A DNA stretch of 49,672 nt from Parcubacteria group bacterium Gr01-1014_33 (lineage in GTDB: Bacteria; Patescibacteriota; Minisyncoccia; Sungbacterales; HO2-52-23): contig VMFQ01000012.1 of the NCBI GenBank assembly GCA_007376125.1, forward strand, positions 1 through 49,672. The letters run 5' to 3'. The notes under the pieces were generated by a model that ran no database searches, was not told the origin of the DNA, and saw only the letters and a list, made by a program, of their open reading frames with translations. Numbering within the stretch: position 1 is the stretch's first letter; each line of letters opens with the position of its first letter. The translations under genes were made by a program, and so were the position numbers. Positions 8,854 through 17,161 of this stretch are shown piece by piece.

Positions 8854-9999
8854 TTAGAGTGTAGGTCGCGCAAATTCTCCGATTGAACGCCGCTGCAGAT
8901 TTTCAAACGCCTCATTTCTTCCCATGACATAGCCAAATTTAGTCCTTATCATCTCTTCAATCTTTTCCTCATCAAATGTCCGAATCATCCCCTTACTTCC
9001 CTTCTCTCTGCTACTCTCCCTTACCCGCAACGAGGATACTTCATTCAATGGGATAAATAGTTTTATATCGCCGCGGCACAAGACAGCAGCTACGCTTTGA
9101 TGACTCACTATTTGTATCACTTCGCTTTCAGCCCCAAATTCTTTAGCATACATATTTAAAATACGTTGAGACGCTTGAGTGGGTTCAGCGCGACGCAAGA
9201 ACGTGAGAAAAAAACGTTCAATGGACTTTGGCATATCTTTCAATGTGTGAGAAACTACTTCCGCGAAAGTAGACAAAAGACCGCTCGTCTTCGCTTCCTC
9301 AACCGCTACTATTGCTTGAGAATCTAAATCCCGCTTCCATAATGAGGCGAGGGCTTCTTCTTTCTTCCCGAGAATATACACATCCGAAAGTCCTATCCGT
9401 ATATCTATCTGAATTTCACCATTACAATGGGGGCACCATAAACTGTTACCTCTTTCATCTGTTTTCATCTCTATCATTTTGAATGTATCATCCGGTCCGG
9501 AAATTATTGATTCTTGCAATGTCTCTTTATGGATTACTGGCGCTTCCTTTTCAATACGAGTATCCTCATAAACTACTGCCTCTGCGTTGCCTCTTTCCGC
9601 AAGCCATAATAGGAATGGATCTTTGAATTTGGGCATTACAGACGACCCCTTGTTCTCCAAACCGATCTCCGAATTCACCTCTTGCACTACTTGCACATCG
9701 TTTTGTTGATTTAACTGCTGTGAATCCAACACAGCTTCAATAACAGTAAGACGCCACCATCCTCCACCTCTTCCGCGTCCAACACCTTCTTCCGGAACCA
9801 ATAATCCCCTGTTCCTTAACGTGTCTATACCCGCCCTACCAACAGACAAACCAAGTGTCTTTTGTGCGAAGCCAACCGCACTCTTAATTCTCACATGAGC
9901 ACTATCAATCACTTCTACATCTGCTCCCTCTTCCCTCACTTTCTTTATCAATAAAAGATATACTTCTTGCGCATTATGCGTTAACTTTTGAAAGTCCAT
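8854..9999 (-). CDS. Hypothetical protein; possible N-terminal winged-helix and central CxxC Zn-ribbon-like motif
   Basis: 381-aa ORF with a strong AAAGGAGGAAAAG Shine-Dalgarno. The N-terminus (LGLSVGRAGIDTLRNRGLLV) looks wHTH-like and CPHCNGE is present. I recognise no family. Confidence 0.45.
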   Translation of the reverse strand: MDFQKLTHNAQEVYLLLIKKVREEGADVEVIDSAHVRIKSAVGFAQKTLGLSVGRAGIDTLRNRGLLVPEEGVGRGRGGGWWRLTVIEAVLDSQQLNQQNDVQVVQEVNSEIGLENKGSSVMPKFKDPFLLWLAERGNAEAVVYEDTRIEKEAPVIHKETLQESIISGPDDTFKMIEMKTDERGNSLWCPHCNGEIQIDIRIGLSDVYILGKKEEALASLWKRDLDSQAIVAVEEAKTSGLLSTFAEVVSHTLKDMPKSIERFFLTFLRRAEPTQASQRILNMYAKEFGAESEVIQIVSHQSVAAVLCRGDIKLFIPLNEVSSLRVRESSREKGSKGMIRTFDEEKIEEMIRTKFGYVMGRNEAFENLQRRSIGEFARPTL

Positions 10000-10062
10000 C
10001 TTTTCCTCCTTTGTCTCTTTTTAGTTGTCAAAAATACTAATAAAATAGTAACTCTCTCTCTC

Positions 10063-10635
10063 TTAAAAGTCAAGAGTTGCGATTTTGAGCTCCCTTAACC
10101 CATCCAAAATCGTACGCGCGTCATTCAAGGCATTGTGTTGACTTCGGGAAAGTTCTTTGCCGAATGCGCGGACAATCGTACTGGACATATAGTTTTTGGT
10201 AGCAATGCCCCGTGTTTCAAACACCGGCTGGATTATTGAAAATCGCGCGCGTTCAAACGGAAATGGTATTCCACAAAACCCGCAGTTTTCTTCCAAGACA
10301 TCCGCGTCCCCGCCCCATGAATAGATTTGATAGAGATCAGTCCACTTAAAAAATTTCTCAAGCGCAACCGGAAAATCAACGCCCTCTTTATCTATGGTTT
10401 CTTGCGCGATTCCGGTAAGTCCTGTAAAAAAATCCGAGAGCATCGGATTTTTTCGCGGTTTTATCAAAACACTGAACGAATCAAGTTCTGAAAAATTCTC
10501 GGTTTCCGCGAGCACCGCGCCGATCTGTACGATTTCACGATACTCGTTTGGTCCAGACCAATTCCGTTCCTTCGTTCCTTCCCATGTGGTGTATTCGGTG
10601 TCAAAGAGTACGATTTTTTCAGGAAGATTGAACAT
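10063..10635 (-). CDS. DEDDh 3'-5' exonuclease (KapD/ERI-1-like, DnaQ superfamily)
   Basis: LFDTEYT is Exo I (DxE), SWGGDADVL is Exo II and HNALNDARTI is Exo III (Hx4D). Confidence 0.75.
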   Translation of the reverse strand: MFNLPEKIVLFDTEYTTWEGTKERNWSGPNEYREIVQIGAVLAETENFSELDSFSVLIKPRKNPMLSDFFTGLTGIAQETIDKEGVDFPVALEKFFKWTDLYQIYSWGGDADVLEENCGFCGIPFPFERARFSIIQPVFETRGIATKNYMSSTIVRAFGKELSRSQHNALNDARTILDGLRELKIATLDF

Positions 10636-10671
10636 AAGAGATTAAGAGACCCACTTTGTGCAAGTTTTTCG

Positions 10672-11091
10672 TTATATCACTTTCTCTTCTATTTTCTTAA
10701 TCCTCTTATTATGTTCGAAGAGTGTCCCATCAATCCGTTTATGAGCCATAGTATGAGCCGCATGCTCCTTGAGCAATATGTCAAGTTTTGTAATCACTTT
10801 GTCATTACTCTGAATAACATCCGCGTGCATCAGACGAACATCCTGTATTATATCCTCTCTCTGCTGATTTAAATCCTCTTTGGTAGCGAAATACTTCAGG
10901 TCCTCTTTGGTAGCGAAATACTTCAGGTCCTCTTTGGTAGCGAAATACTTCAGGTCTTCTTTGGTAGCGAAATACTTCAGGTCCTCTTTGGTAGCCATTA
11001 TTTCTTGAATATCCAAAAACTGCTGCTGGGTTATCATCGCCAGCTTATCAAGCGTCATTCTTTGTTTTTTTTCAACCATTTTCCTCTGCAT
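10672..11091 (-). CDS. Small coiled-coil protein with five tandem ATKEDLKYF nonapeptide repeats
   Basis: 139-aa ORF. The repeat is encoded by a near-identical 27-bp tandem array. Confidence 0.6.
   Translation of the reverse strand: MQRKMVEKKQRMTLDKLAMITQQQFLDIQEIMATKEDLKYFATKEDLKYFATKEDLKYFATKEDLKYFATKEDLNQQREDIIQDVRLMHADVIQSNDKVITKLDILLKEHAAHTMAHKRIDGTLFEHNKRIKKIEEKVI
10874..10996. repeat. 27-bp tandem repeat, 4.5 copies, in frame inside the CDS
   Basis: The unit tcctctttggtagcgaaatacttcagg starts at 10874, 10901, 10928 and 10955 (the last with one substitution). A partial copy starts at 10982. Confidence 0.9.
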
Positions 11092-11147
11092 ACATCCAAT
11101 ACTACCCGATCAATGAAATCTGTCAATTGTGCATAAACCGCTTCAAT

Positions 11148-12260
11148 TTATGTGAGCACATCGGGCGTGAACGGACTGAATTTCGGAATCGCGCATTGGG
11201 CGGTTTTTCCCACCACTTCCTCGTACTTCTCCGAAGGAAGACCTCCGGCAAATTCCTGCGGGCGCATGGCATATATCATATCGGCAGTGATTATCGCGCC
11301 TTTGGGAATATCTTGTCCTGCCATAAGCGATTTTCTGAAAATGGAGCGGAACGGAACCTCGCCTTCGTGAAGAAATTTGTTTTCAGTCCCCATATATTTT
11401 TGCATTGCCGGATCCTCGGCAACGGCCACGCGTTTCTCCGGATTATTTTCAATCGCGCGAATTCCTCGCACCATTTTTGAAAATTCATCGGGCGTCATTG
11501 AAACTTTATGATCCGGCCCCCAAAGCGCCCGATCAAACGTAAAGTGTTGTTCTACCATTCTTGCACCCAGCGCAACCGCCGCAATTGCCGGTTCAACCCA
11601 CGGAGAATTTTGGGAAAACCCGATGGTAACTCCCGGAAAACGTTTTTGAAAAAACGGGATAGTGAGTAAATTAGAATCTTCCGCCGGATACGGATAGCGC
11701 GATATCGCATGCATTAACACAAATCGCCCGTTTTTGCGGCGAAGAAAATTAAGCGACTGATCCACATCTTCCAGTGTAGACATTCCTGTCGGGATAATAA
11801 TCGTCTTTCCGGTTTCCACCATAAAATCAAGCATAACAAAATCAAGAATATCGGAAGACGCTACTTTCCAAAACGGTACATCAAGTTTTTGGAGTTTTTG
11901 TGCCGCTCCGCGCGACATCGGTGTTGAGAAAAATACAATCCCGATTTCATCGCAATAGGATTTCAATGGCTTCCAAAAATCTTCCATGGGCGTTGAGCGT
12001 TCGTTTCGCGATACCCATTGATAGCGGCTTTTGCCCTTGAAATGCGGCGAATCAAATTCCATGTTCAACACTTCATCCTCTACATTGTGCGTCTGAAACT
12101 TCACCGCATCCGCGCCTTTATCTTTTGCGGCACGCGCGAGCACACGTGCATTTTCCAGATATTCCGAAACCGGTCGCTCGTCCTCGGTCTGGATAAAATT
12201 TTTTCCGATTTCGGCGACTATGACTACTCCTTTTTGAAGTTTTTGTTCAAGAATGTTCAT
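11148..12260 (-). CDS. Divergent NeuB-family (sialic/nonulosonic acid synthase-like) protein with C-terminal SAF domain
   Basis: Start is MNILEQKLQKGVVIVAEIGKNF at 12260. GADAVKFQTH and AAVALGARMVEQHFT are present, with an SAF-like tail. It has AEIGKNF instead of AEIGxNH and GFSQNS instead of the SDH/SGH motif seen in the other three paralogs. Confidence 0.7.
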   Translation of the reverse strand: MNILEQKLQKGVVIVAEIGKNFIQTEDERPVSEYLENARVLARAAKDKGADAVKFQTHNVEDEVLNMEFDSPHFKGKSRYQWVSRNERSTPMEDFWKPLKSYCDEIGIVFFSTPMSRGAAQKLQKLDVPFWKVASSDILDFVMLDFMVETGKTIIIPTGMSTLEDVDQSLNFLRRKNGRFVLMHAISRYPYPAEDSNLLTIPFFQKRFPGVTIGFSQNSPWVEPAIAAVALGARMVEQHFTFDRALWGPDHKVSMTPDEFSKMVRGIRAIENNPEKRVAVAEDPAMQKYMGTENKFLHEGEVPFRSIFRKSLMAGQDIPKGAIITADMIYAMRPQEFAGGLPSEKYEEVVGKTAQCAIPKFSPFTPDVLT

Positions 12261-12299
12261 GGAATATTGTTTATAAAACACCCTATGGAGCGTTTTGGT

Positions 12300-12329
12300 A
12301 ACAAAAAACCCACATGCAGAACGCAAGTG
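12300..12329 (-). terminator. Intrinsic terminator after the pilin-like gene
   Basis: On the minus strand the stem CACTTGC-gttct-GCATGTG (6 of 7 pairs) is followed by GGTTTTTTGTT. Confidence 0.5.
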
Positions 12330-12394
12330 AGTAAGAATTTGTCGGCTATCCAAAAAGGATAAATTCGCTTAGATGTATCACTGTATCAGACAAT

Positions 12395-12943
12395 TCACGG
12401 GCACGGACGGCTAGAAGGAATAAGAAAACATATACCGTCTCCAATGCCTGTACAAGAAGGTCCGTCCTGCTGTAAAAACCCGTCGGGGCCAGCCGAAGCA
12501 ACGGTATCAAATCGGCAGTCGGTTGGACCATACTCCCGCTCATTTTCGTCAAGTAAGTACGGGCTTCCCCAGGGATCGCGCATCATGCGATCAATACCGG
12601 AAACGGTCCCGTTTGTTGCTGCTTGAATTGCATTGAGATCATTAACCCACTGCGTGTAGCAACCATCAGTTGTCGGAACATTGCGAAGGTCTCTCCCGCC
12701 ACACACACAATAACTACACGCGCTTCCCGTAATATCCTGCAGGCGCATCGCGGATTCGCCCTGCGCCACAGTCGCCGCTTTGACAAATTGATTAATTTCT
12801 GCATTGGCGCGAGCATACTTGGCTTTGTTTCGCGCGCTGTTAACTGATGTGAGTACCACACTTGAAAGTATGCTGATGATGGAGATAACCACCAGCAGTT
12901 CAACAAGCGTGAATCCCTTATCCCGAGAGTATGGATTGCGCAT
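12395..12943 (-). CDS. Type IV pilin-like protein (prepilin-type N-terminal cleavage/methylation domain), Cys-rich C-terminal region
   Basis: MRNPYSRDKG|FTLVELLVVISIISILSSVV is a class III signal peptide followed by the hydrophobic helix. Start chosen at 12943 (an alternative ATG is at 12952). The longer track ORF adds non-coding-looking residues. Confidence 0.8.
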   Translation of the reverse strand: MRNPYSRDKGFTLVELLVVISIISILSSVVLTSVNSARNKAKYARANAEINQFVKAATVAQGESAMRLQDITGSACSYCVCGGRDLRNVPTTDGCYTQWVNDLNAIQAATNGTVSGIDRMMRDPWGSPYLLDENEREYGPTDCRFDTVASAGPDGFLQQDGPSCTGIGDGICFLIPSSRPCP

Positions 12944-12963
12944 ATGTGTCATCCCCGTAACTT

Positions 12964-12978
12964 GGAAACTCGGTTTCC
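12964..12978. promoter_or_regulatory. GGAAAC-TCG-GTTTCC palindrome in the pilin 5' region; recurs at 14624-14637 and 36526-36540
   Basis: Read directly at three loci with conserved flanks (a/t)(c/t)TTGGAAACTCGGTT(T)CC. Here it lies ~20 nt upstream of the pilin start. It is downstream of an extended -10-like TGTTATACT (12994-13002, minus strand). Confidence 0.35.
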
Positions 12979-13060
12979 GAGTGGGATTTCTAAAGTATAA
13001 CACATCCAAAAAATTAATAACATACCATCCGTGCCCGGAAACAACTCTCCAATCCAATCC

Positions 13061-13352
13061 TTACCCCCACGCGATCAAAAGAACTCCCGCGACCATGAAG
13101 AGCGCACCTGTGAGGCGCTCGCGGAAGTGGCCTTCTTTGTGGACGAGGCGGCCTAAGAATACGTCAAACACAATACTCAAAAAACACAATACTCAAACGT
13201 TTAAGAGAAATAAAGTATGCGGCAAGGATTAGGGAAAGGCCTATATAATGCAAGACCACAGTAATCAGATACGATGCGCTCATGCCGAAAAAAGACGAAT
13301 CTAAGATCCTACGAGACCGGGTCTCATAGGATACATTGATTATTGTTTCCAC
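13061..13352 (-). pseudogene. DMT/EamA transporter C-terminal fragment (about 3 TM) disrupted by a 16-bp tandem duplication
   Basis: The GTG start at 13352 follows GGGGGAGG. The ORF ends ...LKRLSIVFFEYCV*. The duplicated TTTGAGTATTGTGTTT (13166-13197) shifts the frame. Removing one copy restores ...LSIVFDVFLGRLVHKEGHFRERLTGALFMVAGVLLIAWG* (stop at 13061-13063), a typical EamA C-terminus. Confidence 0.55.
13069..13181. repeat. 113-bp direct repeat, copy 1 (encodes an EamA C-terminus)
   Basis: Identical to 14653-14765 except for one base (13082 a versus 14666 c). Confidence 0.9.
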
Positions 13353-13420
13353 AATATCGCCTCCCCCACAAGAGTATTCGCATTGTCAAATACCTTTTGA
13401 GATAGTATACTGTTTTATAA

Positions 13421-13462
13421 AAAAAGCAAATAAAAAAGGGCTTTTCGAAAAGAAATGCCCTT
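13421..13462 (-). terminator. Intrinsic terminator after the 13481-14530 gene
   Basis: On the minus strand the stem AAGGGC...GCCCTT, with inner CTTTTCGAAAAG, is followed by TTTTTTATTTGCTTTTTTTAT. Confidence 0.6.
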
Positions 13463-13480
13463 CTCCTTAACTCCTGATCC

Positions 13481-14530
13481 CTAGTTCCCAATAACAATTT
13501 CTATCGTATCAAGCAGACGGCCCATAAATCCATCAGACGTAATCAACATCGCGCCCACTGTTACAATGAAAGCAGGTCCAAGTCGAACCTTTGCCTTCTC
13601 TTCGTGAAGGAATATCCAGGAGAGAATTACTGCGAATATAACCGATAAGCGATTTACACTTCCTACGTATGCAATAGGAGCTAAAAGATACGCGAGCATA
13701 GATGGCACTGCGGCAATTACAATACTGCCGCCACAGAGGAAAATAATTCCAAGGCTGTATTTATTTGCCTTCAATTTCGCTCTCACTCCTAAATATTCCT
13801 CTCGTATTACTTTCCTACCCGAATACAATAGATGAATGAGAGCAAAAATTATTGTGAGAGACAGCCATTTATATATGAGCCCGATTATTACATCCCCACT
13901 ACGCGCCATAAGGGCATCACATATAATGCCGCCTCCTCCCAAAATTGCAGATCCATATCCAGAACGGAGTGCTCGTATTTTATTCAGCACTCCTTCATCC
14001 TGTGATTCGGAAATAGGCAGTTTCCATCCAAGCCATGGAATTTTTCTCGGAAGGGGTAAAACAAAGATTTTCCACCAACCTTTCCACGGTTCTCCTGCCC
14101 GTATATGCCAAAAATTTCCCCCCATGATCGCCATAATTCCAAACTTTCCCTGCCAACTTACCTGTTCTTCAAGAAAGAATGCAGGTATAAGAAGAAGGCC
14201 TGGGGTAAATGATTGCACAGGAGCAACAAAAGATGCCTCTCCAAATCTACTTGCCCTTGTTCTTAATATGAGAATTCCTAAATTTAACGCAACTGAACCG
14301 CCAAGCCAACCATAAAAAGAAAGTGTGTTCGCACTGCGAAAGAGCATTCCATGTAGAGCCATTAGAATACTGGCAAAAATAAGGAGAATTACCGTAACAG
14401 TTTGGCTTACGATAAGAAAACCAAAATCCGATAGACCAATTTCTTTCTTGAGCAACCATTTTTTTGTTACTTCATATCCTGCAGTACCAAAAGCAGAGAG
14501 AAGCATTAGAGCAATTGCCAAGATTTGCAC
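13481..14530 (-). CDS. DMT-superfamily (EamA-like) polytopic membrane protein
   Basis: 349 aa with about 10 TM helices. The GTG start follows GAGGAGGA. The C-terminal NRLSVIFAVILSWIFLHEEKAKVRLGPAFIVTVGAMLI matches the EamA repeat-2 end. Confidence 0.6.
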   Translation of the reverse strand: MQILAIALMLLSAFGTAGYEVTKKWLLKKEIGLSDFGFLIVSQTVTVILLIFASILMALHGMLFRSANTLSFYGWLGGSVALNLGILILRTRASRFGEASFVAPVQSFTPGLLLIPAFFLEEQVSWQGKFGIMAIMGGNFWHIRAGEPWKGWWKIFVLPLPRKIPWLGWKLPISESQDEGVLNKIRALRSGYGSAILGGGGIICDALMARSGDVIIGLIYKWLSLTIIFALIHLLYSGRKVIREEYLGVRAKLKANKYSLGIIFLCGGSIVIAAVPSMLAYLLAPIAYVGSVNRLSVIFAVILSWIFLHEEKAKVRLGPAFIVTVGAMLITSDGFMGRLLDTIEIVIGN

Positions 14531-14652
14531 AGTTATTCCTCCTCGTTTTCATTCTTCTATCAAAGACCGAAATGTTTTTATTATCTACATCTACCACATC
14601 GAATTAACTAAGTCAACTCATTTGGAAACTCGGTTCCGAAGTAGTTATCCAA

Positions 14653-14765
14653 ACGCGATCAAAAGCACTCCCGCGACCATGAAGAGCGCACCTGTGAGGC
14701 GCTCGCGGAAGTGGCCTTCTTTGTGGACGAGGCGGCCTAAGAATACGTCAAACACAATACTCAAA
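14653..14765. repeat. 113-bp direct repeat, copy 2
   Basis: See 13069-13181. It is entered out of frame by the upstream EamA ORF. Confidence 0.9.
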
Positions 14766-15389
14766 CAGATGTGAAAACCCTCGCTGGAACCAAAGAATTA
14801 TGGTTATGGCAAGAAGAAGCAAGACAAGACTATAGAACGTGAAAAGAAGCGGCGAGGCATACTGAAAAGAAAATTTAGTGATGGTAACGCCGGAAGCCGC
14901 AAGAAATGCGGATGCGAGCATATACCATGTCCCTTTTTCTCTCAAAAGATTTTTCATGCTTCCAAATTTTCCTTGACTTTCTTTTCCAAGAAAAAACGGC
15001 CCAATCATCACGGATAATATTCCAATAGCGCCGAGCGTTGAGGGAAGCTCACCGAGAAAAACATATCCAAGAGGGATCAGAAAGAGCGCCGAGAGAGAAA
15101 AAAGAGGTCCTACAAGCGACTGCGGCGAAGATTGAAATGCGCGCACATAAAGATAGCTTAAGGCAAGCTCCACCGGAAGCGAAAGTCCGAGAAGGATCAG
15201 CCAAAAGCGCGGTTCCGGAATTTTCCATTCCGCAAAAAGGGTAACCAAAAGCGCCATCACTGGAAGACCTCCCAAAAGTCGGTACCAGTTCAATAAAAAA
15301 GGATTTTCGGCTTTCAGTCCTTCACTCTTAAAAAACGTGTTTTGAAACGAAGAACCAAGCGCTGAAATAAGTCCGAAAAGTATGCCCAT
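14748..15389 (-). CDS. EamA/DMT transporter, apparently truncated after TM7 (possible pseudogene)
   Basis: 213 aa with 7 TM helices. The ORF ends FSHLFEYCV* five codons into the 113-bp repeat. The +1 frame of the repeat encodes the expected last helix (LSIVFDVFLG...VLLIAFG*). TM8-9 are missing. Confidence 0.55.
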   Translation of the reverse strand: MGILFGLISALGSSFQNTFFKSEGLKAENPFLLNWYRLLGGLPVMALLVTLFAEWKIPEPRFWLILLGLSLPVELALSYLYVRAFQSSPQSLVGPLFSLSALFLIPLGYVFLGELPSTLGAIGILSVMIGPFFLGKESQGKFGSMKNLLREKGTWYMLASAFLAASGVTITKFSFQYASPLLFTFYSLVLLLLAITIILWFQRGFSHLFEYCV

Positions 15390-15392
15390 AGA

Positions 15393-15481
15393 TTAGGAAG
15401 TAGATGGTAGGAAGTAGGAAGTAGTAAAAAGCGGAAGGGAGGGTTTTATACTACTACCTACTACCTAATTCTTCTACTACC
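15393..15481. repeat. Low-complexity imperfect palindrome (AGGAAGT / ACTACCT words)
   Basis: taggaagtagatggtaggaagtaggaagtagta ... tactactacctactacctaattcttctactacc. The right arm overlaps the stop of the dehydrogenase gene. Confidence 0.55.
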
Positions 15482-16449
15482 TGTTTTGCAATAAACTCTT
15501 CGGTTATATGCATTGCCTCATATGTTGCCCCGCCGATGTGGGGAACTATAATAAGATTGGAATGGGTTTTTGCGTAGTTCCACAGCGGATCTTTTTTGAG
15601 GTGTCTTCCCTTCCCCTCCTCGTCCCACATAACGTCAATCGCGGCTCCGGCGATCCATTTTTGTTTGAGCGCTTGTATTAAGGCGTTTCGCTCAATAATC
15701 TCGGCACGCGCAGTATTGATGAGATGGGCAGTTTTTTTCATCATCTGAAAGTGCTTTTCTTTAATACACTCACGGGTCTCGTCCGTGAGAAGAATATGAA
15801 GAGTTACGATATCAGATGTGGTAAGAAGGGTTTCGAGCGAAACTTTTTTAATGCCATATCGCTTCATTGTCGTTTCATTCACATAAGGGTCATACCCAAT
15901 AACACGCATGCCAAACGCGCCCGCATATTTTGCTGTAATTTTTCCAAGACGCCCGCAGCCCACAATGCCAAAAGTTTTCCCGATGAGTTGATGCCCTTTC
16001 CATACATCGCGATTCCAATTCCCTTTTTTTATATCCTCAAATGCCCATGGAATCTTACGAACGAGCGCAAGTGCCAGAGCCATGGTTTCCTCTGCCGTGG
16101 AAGGAATACTTTTAAGAAAAGAAGAATGACCGCGGAGCGACATTACTCTTATTCCGCGTTTTTTTGCCGCATCCATATCAATATGGTTTAAGCCAGTAGT
16201 GGGAGTCGCGATAATTTTCAGATTCGGCATTTGAGAAAACCATTTTTCATCAAGGGTATATTTGAGGCGCACCACAACAATATGGGCAGATCGCAAAACT
16301 TTTTCTTTTCTTTCCCCATCGAGTTCTGAAAAAAAATACACCGGACCTACTCTCCGGTACGTTGTCAGCGCGTCCTTTGAATAATCTATTGGCTCGAGAA
16401 TAAGGGTAGTATATTTCATTGCTACATTGCTAAAAACGATTTTAACCAT
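15454..16449 (-). CDS. D-isomer-specific 2-hydroxyacid dehydrogenase (phosphoglycerate/glycerate dehydrogenase-like)
   Basis: GIVGCGRLGKITAKYAGAFGMRVIGYDP is an NAD fold, and the C-terminal region has PHIGGAT. The ATG at 16449 overlaps the upstream stop by 8 nt. An alternative ATG is at 16419. Confidence 0.75.
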   Translation of the reverse strand: MVKIVFSNVAMKYTTLILEPIDYSKDALTTYRRVGPVYFFSELDGERKEKVLRSAHIVVVRLKYTLDEKWFSQMPNLKIIATPTTGLNHIDMDAAKKRGIRVMSLRGHSSFLKSIPSTAEETMALALALVRKIPWAFEDIKKGNWNRDVWKGHQLIGKTFGIVGCGRLGKITAKYAGAFGMRVIGYDPYVNETTMKRYGIKKVSLETLLTTSDIVTLHILLTDETRECIKEKHFQMMKKTAHLINTARAEIIERNALIQALKQKWIAGAAIDVMWDEEGKGRHLKKDPLWNYAKTHSNLIIVPHIGGATYEAMHITEEFIAKQVVEELGSR

Positions 16450-17161
16450 GTAATAATTTCTTCAATGCTCTTTCCGCCGCTTTCCAGTCCTCCGGTATGT
16501 TAATATCCACCACGTATTTTTTTTCTATTATGTACGGCATCACTTTTTCGCCATAGAAATTTGGATGTTCGGAATCAAATAAAAGAGAGGGCTTAAAAAG
16601 ATACATCATGCCAATACTCCAGTATGTTTTGGGAAGTTCCTGTCTTTGACTCATTCGCATATACACCGGATTTCCGTTAAAAAGTCGGAGTATTCCGTTT
16701 CTCTCCAAAACCATCGCTTTGTGTGGACTGTAATTTTCCGGAATTTCGGAAACGCTTACTACTGAATCCGCCTTGCTTTTAATAATTAAATCAGCCGCCT
16801 CTTTAATATGAAAGGGTTGGCGCAAAGGAGAAGTGGGCTGGAGAATCATCGCATAGTCCGGCGCGTACCCTTCTTTCTCTTTAAGAACCGTTACCGCATG
16901 TTGCATGACTTCAAGATGCAGAACATGGTCTTCGGCAAGTTCTTTTGGACGTATAAACGGAACTTCGCATCCGTTCTGCCGCGCGACCTCGGCAATTTGA
17001 GGATCATCGGTGGAGACAATCAGACGATCAAGCGCGCCGGATTTTTGGGCGGCTTCAATCGTATACGCGATTAAGGGTTTGCCTAAGAGCGATTTTATAT
17101 TTTTGCCCGGAATCCCTTTTGATCCGCCGCGGGCGGTTATGACGCCGAGAACTTTAGGCAT
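16442..17161 (-). CDS. neuA: Acylneuraminate (NulO) cytidylyltransferase, CMP-sugar synthetase
   Basis: GVITARGGSKGIPGKNIKSLLGKPLIAYTIEAA...DRLIVSTDDPQIA is the classic CTP_transf_3 N-terminus. Confidence 0.85.
   Translation of the reverse strand: MPKVLGVITARGGSKGIPGKNIKSLLGKPLIAYTIEAAQKSGALDRLIVSTDDPQIAEVARQNGCEVPFIRPKELAEDHVLHLEVMQHAVTVLKEKEGYAPDYAMILQPTSPLRQPFHIKEAADLIIKSKADSVVSVSEIPENYSPHKAMVLERNGILRLFNGNPVYMRMSQRQELPKTYWSIGMMYLFKPSLLFDSEHPNFYGEKVMPYIIEKKYVVDINIPEDWKAAERALKKLLHG

Noticed and set aside
10874-10996. Possible CRISPR array, considered here and for the many repeated spacer elements.
   Set aside because: This array has no spacers and is in frame inside a CDS. The dispersed elements are palindromic but irregularly spaced and separated by whole genes. 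No cas genes are present.
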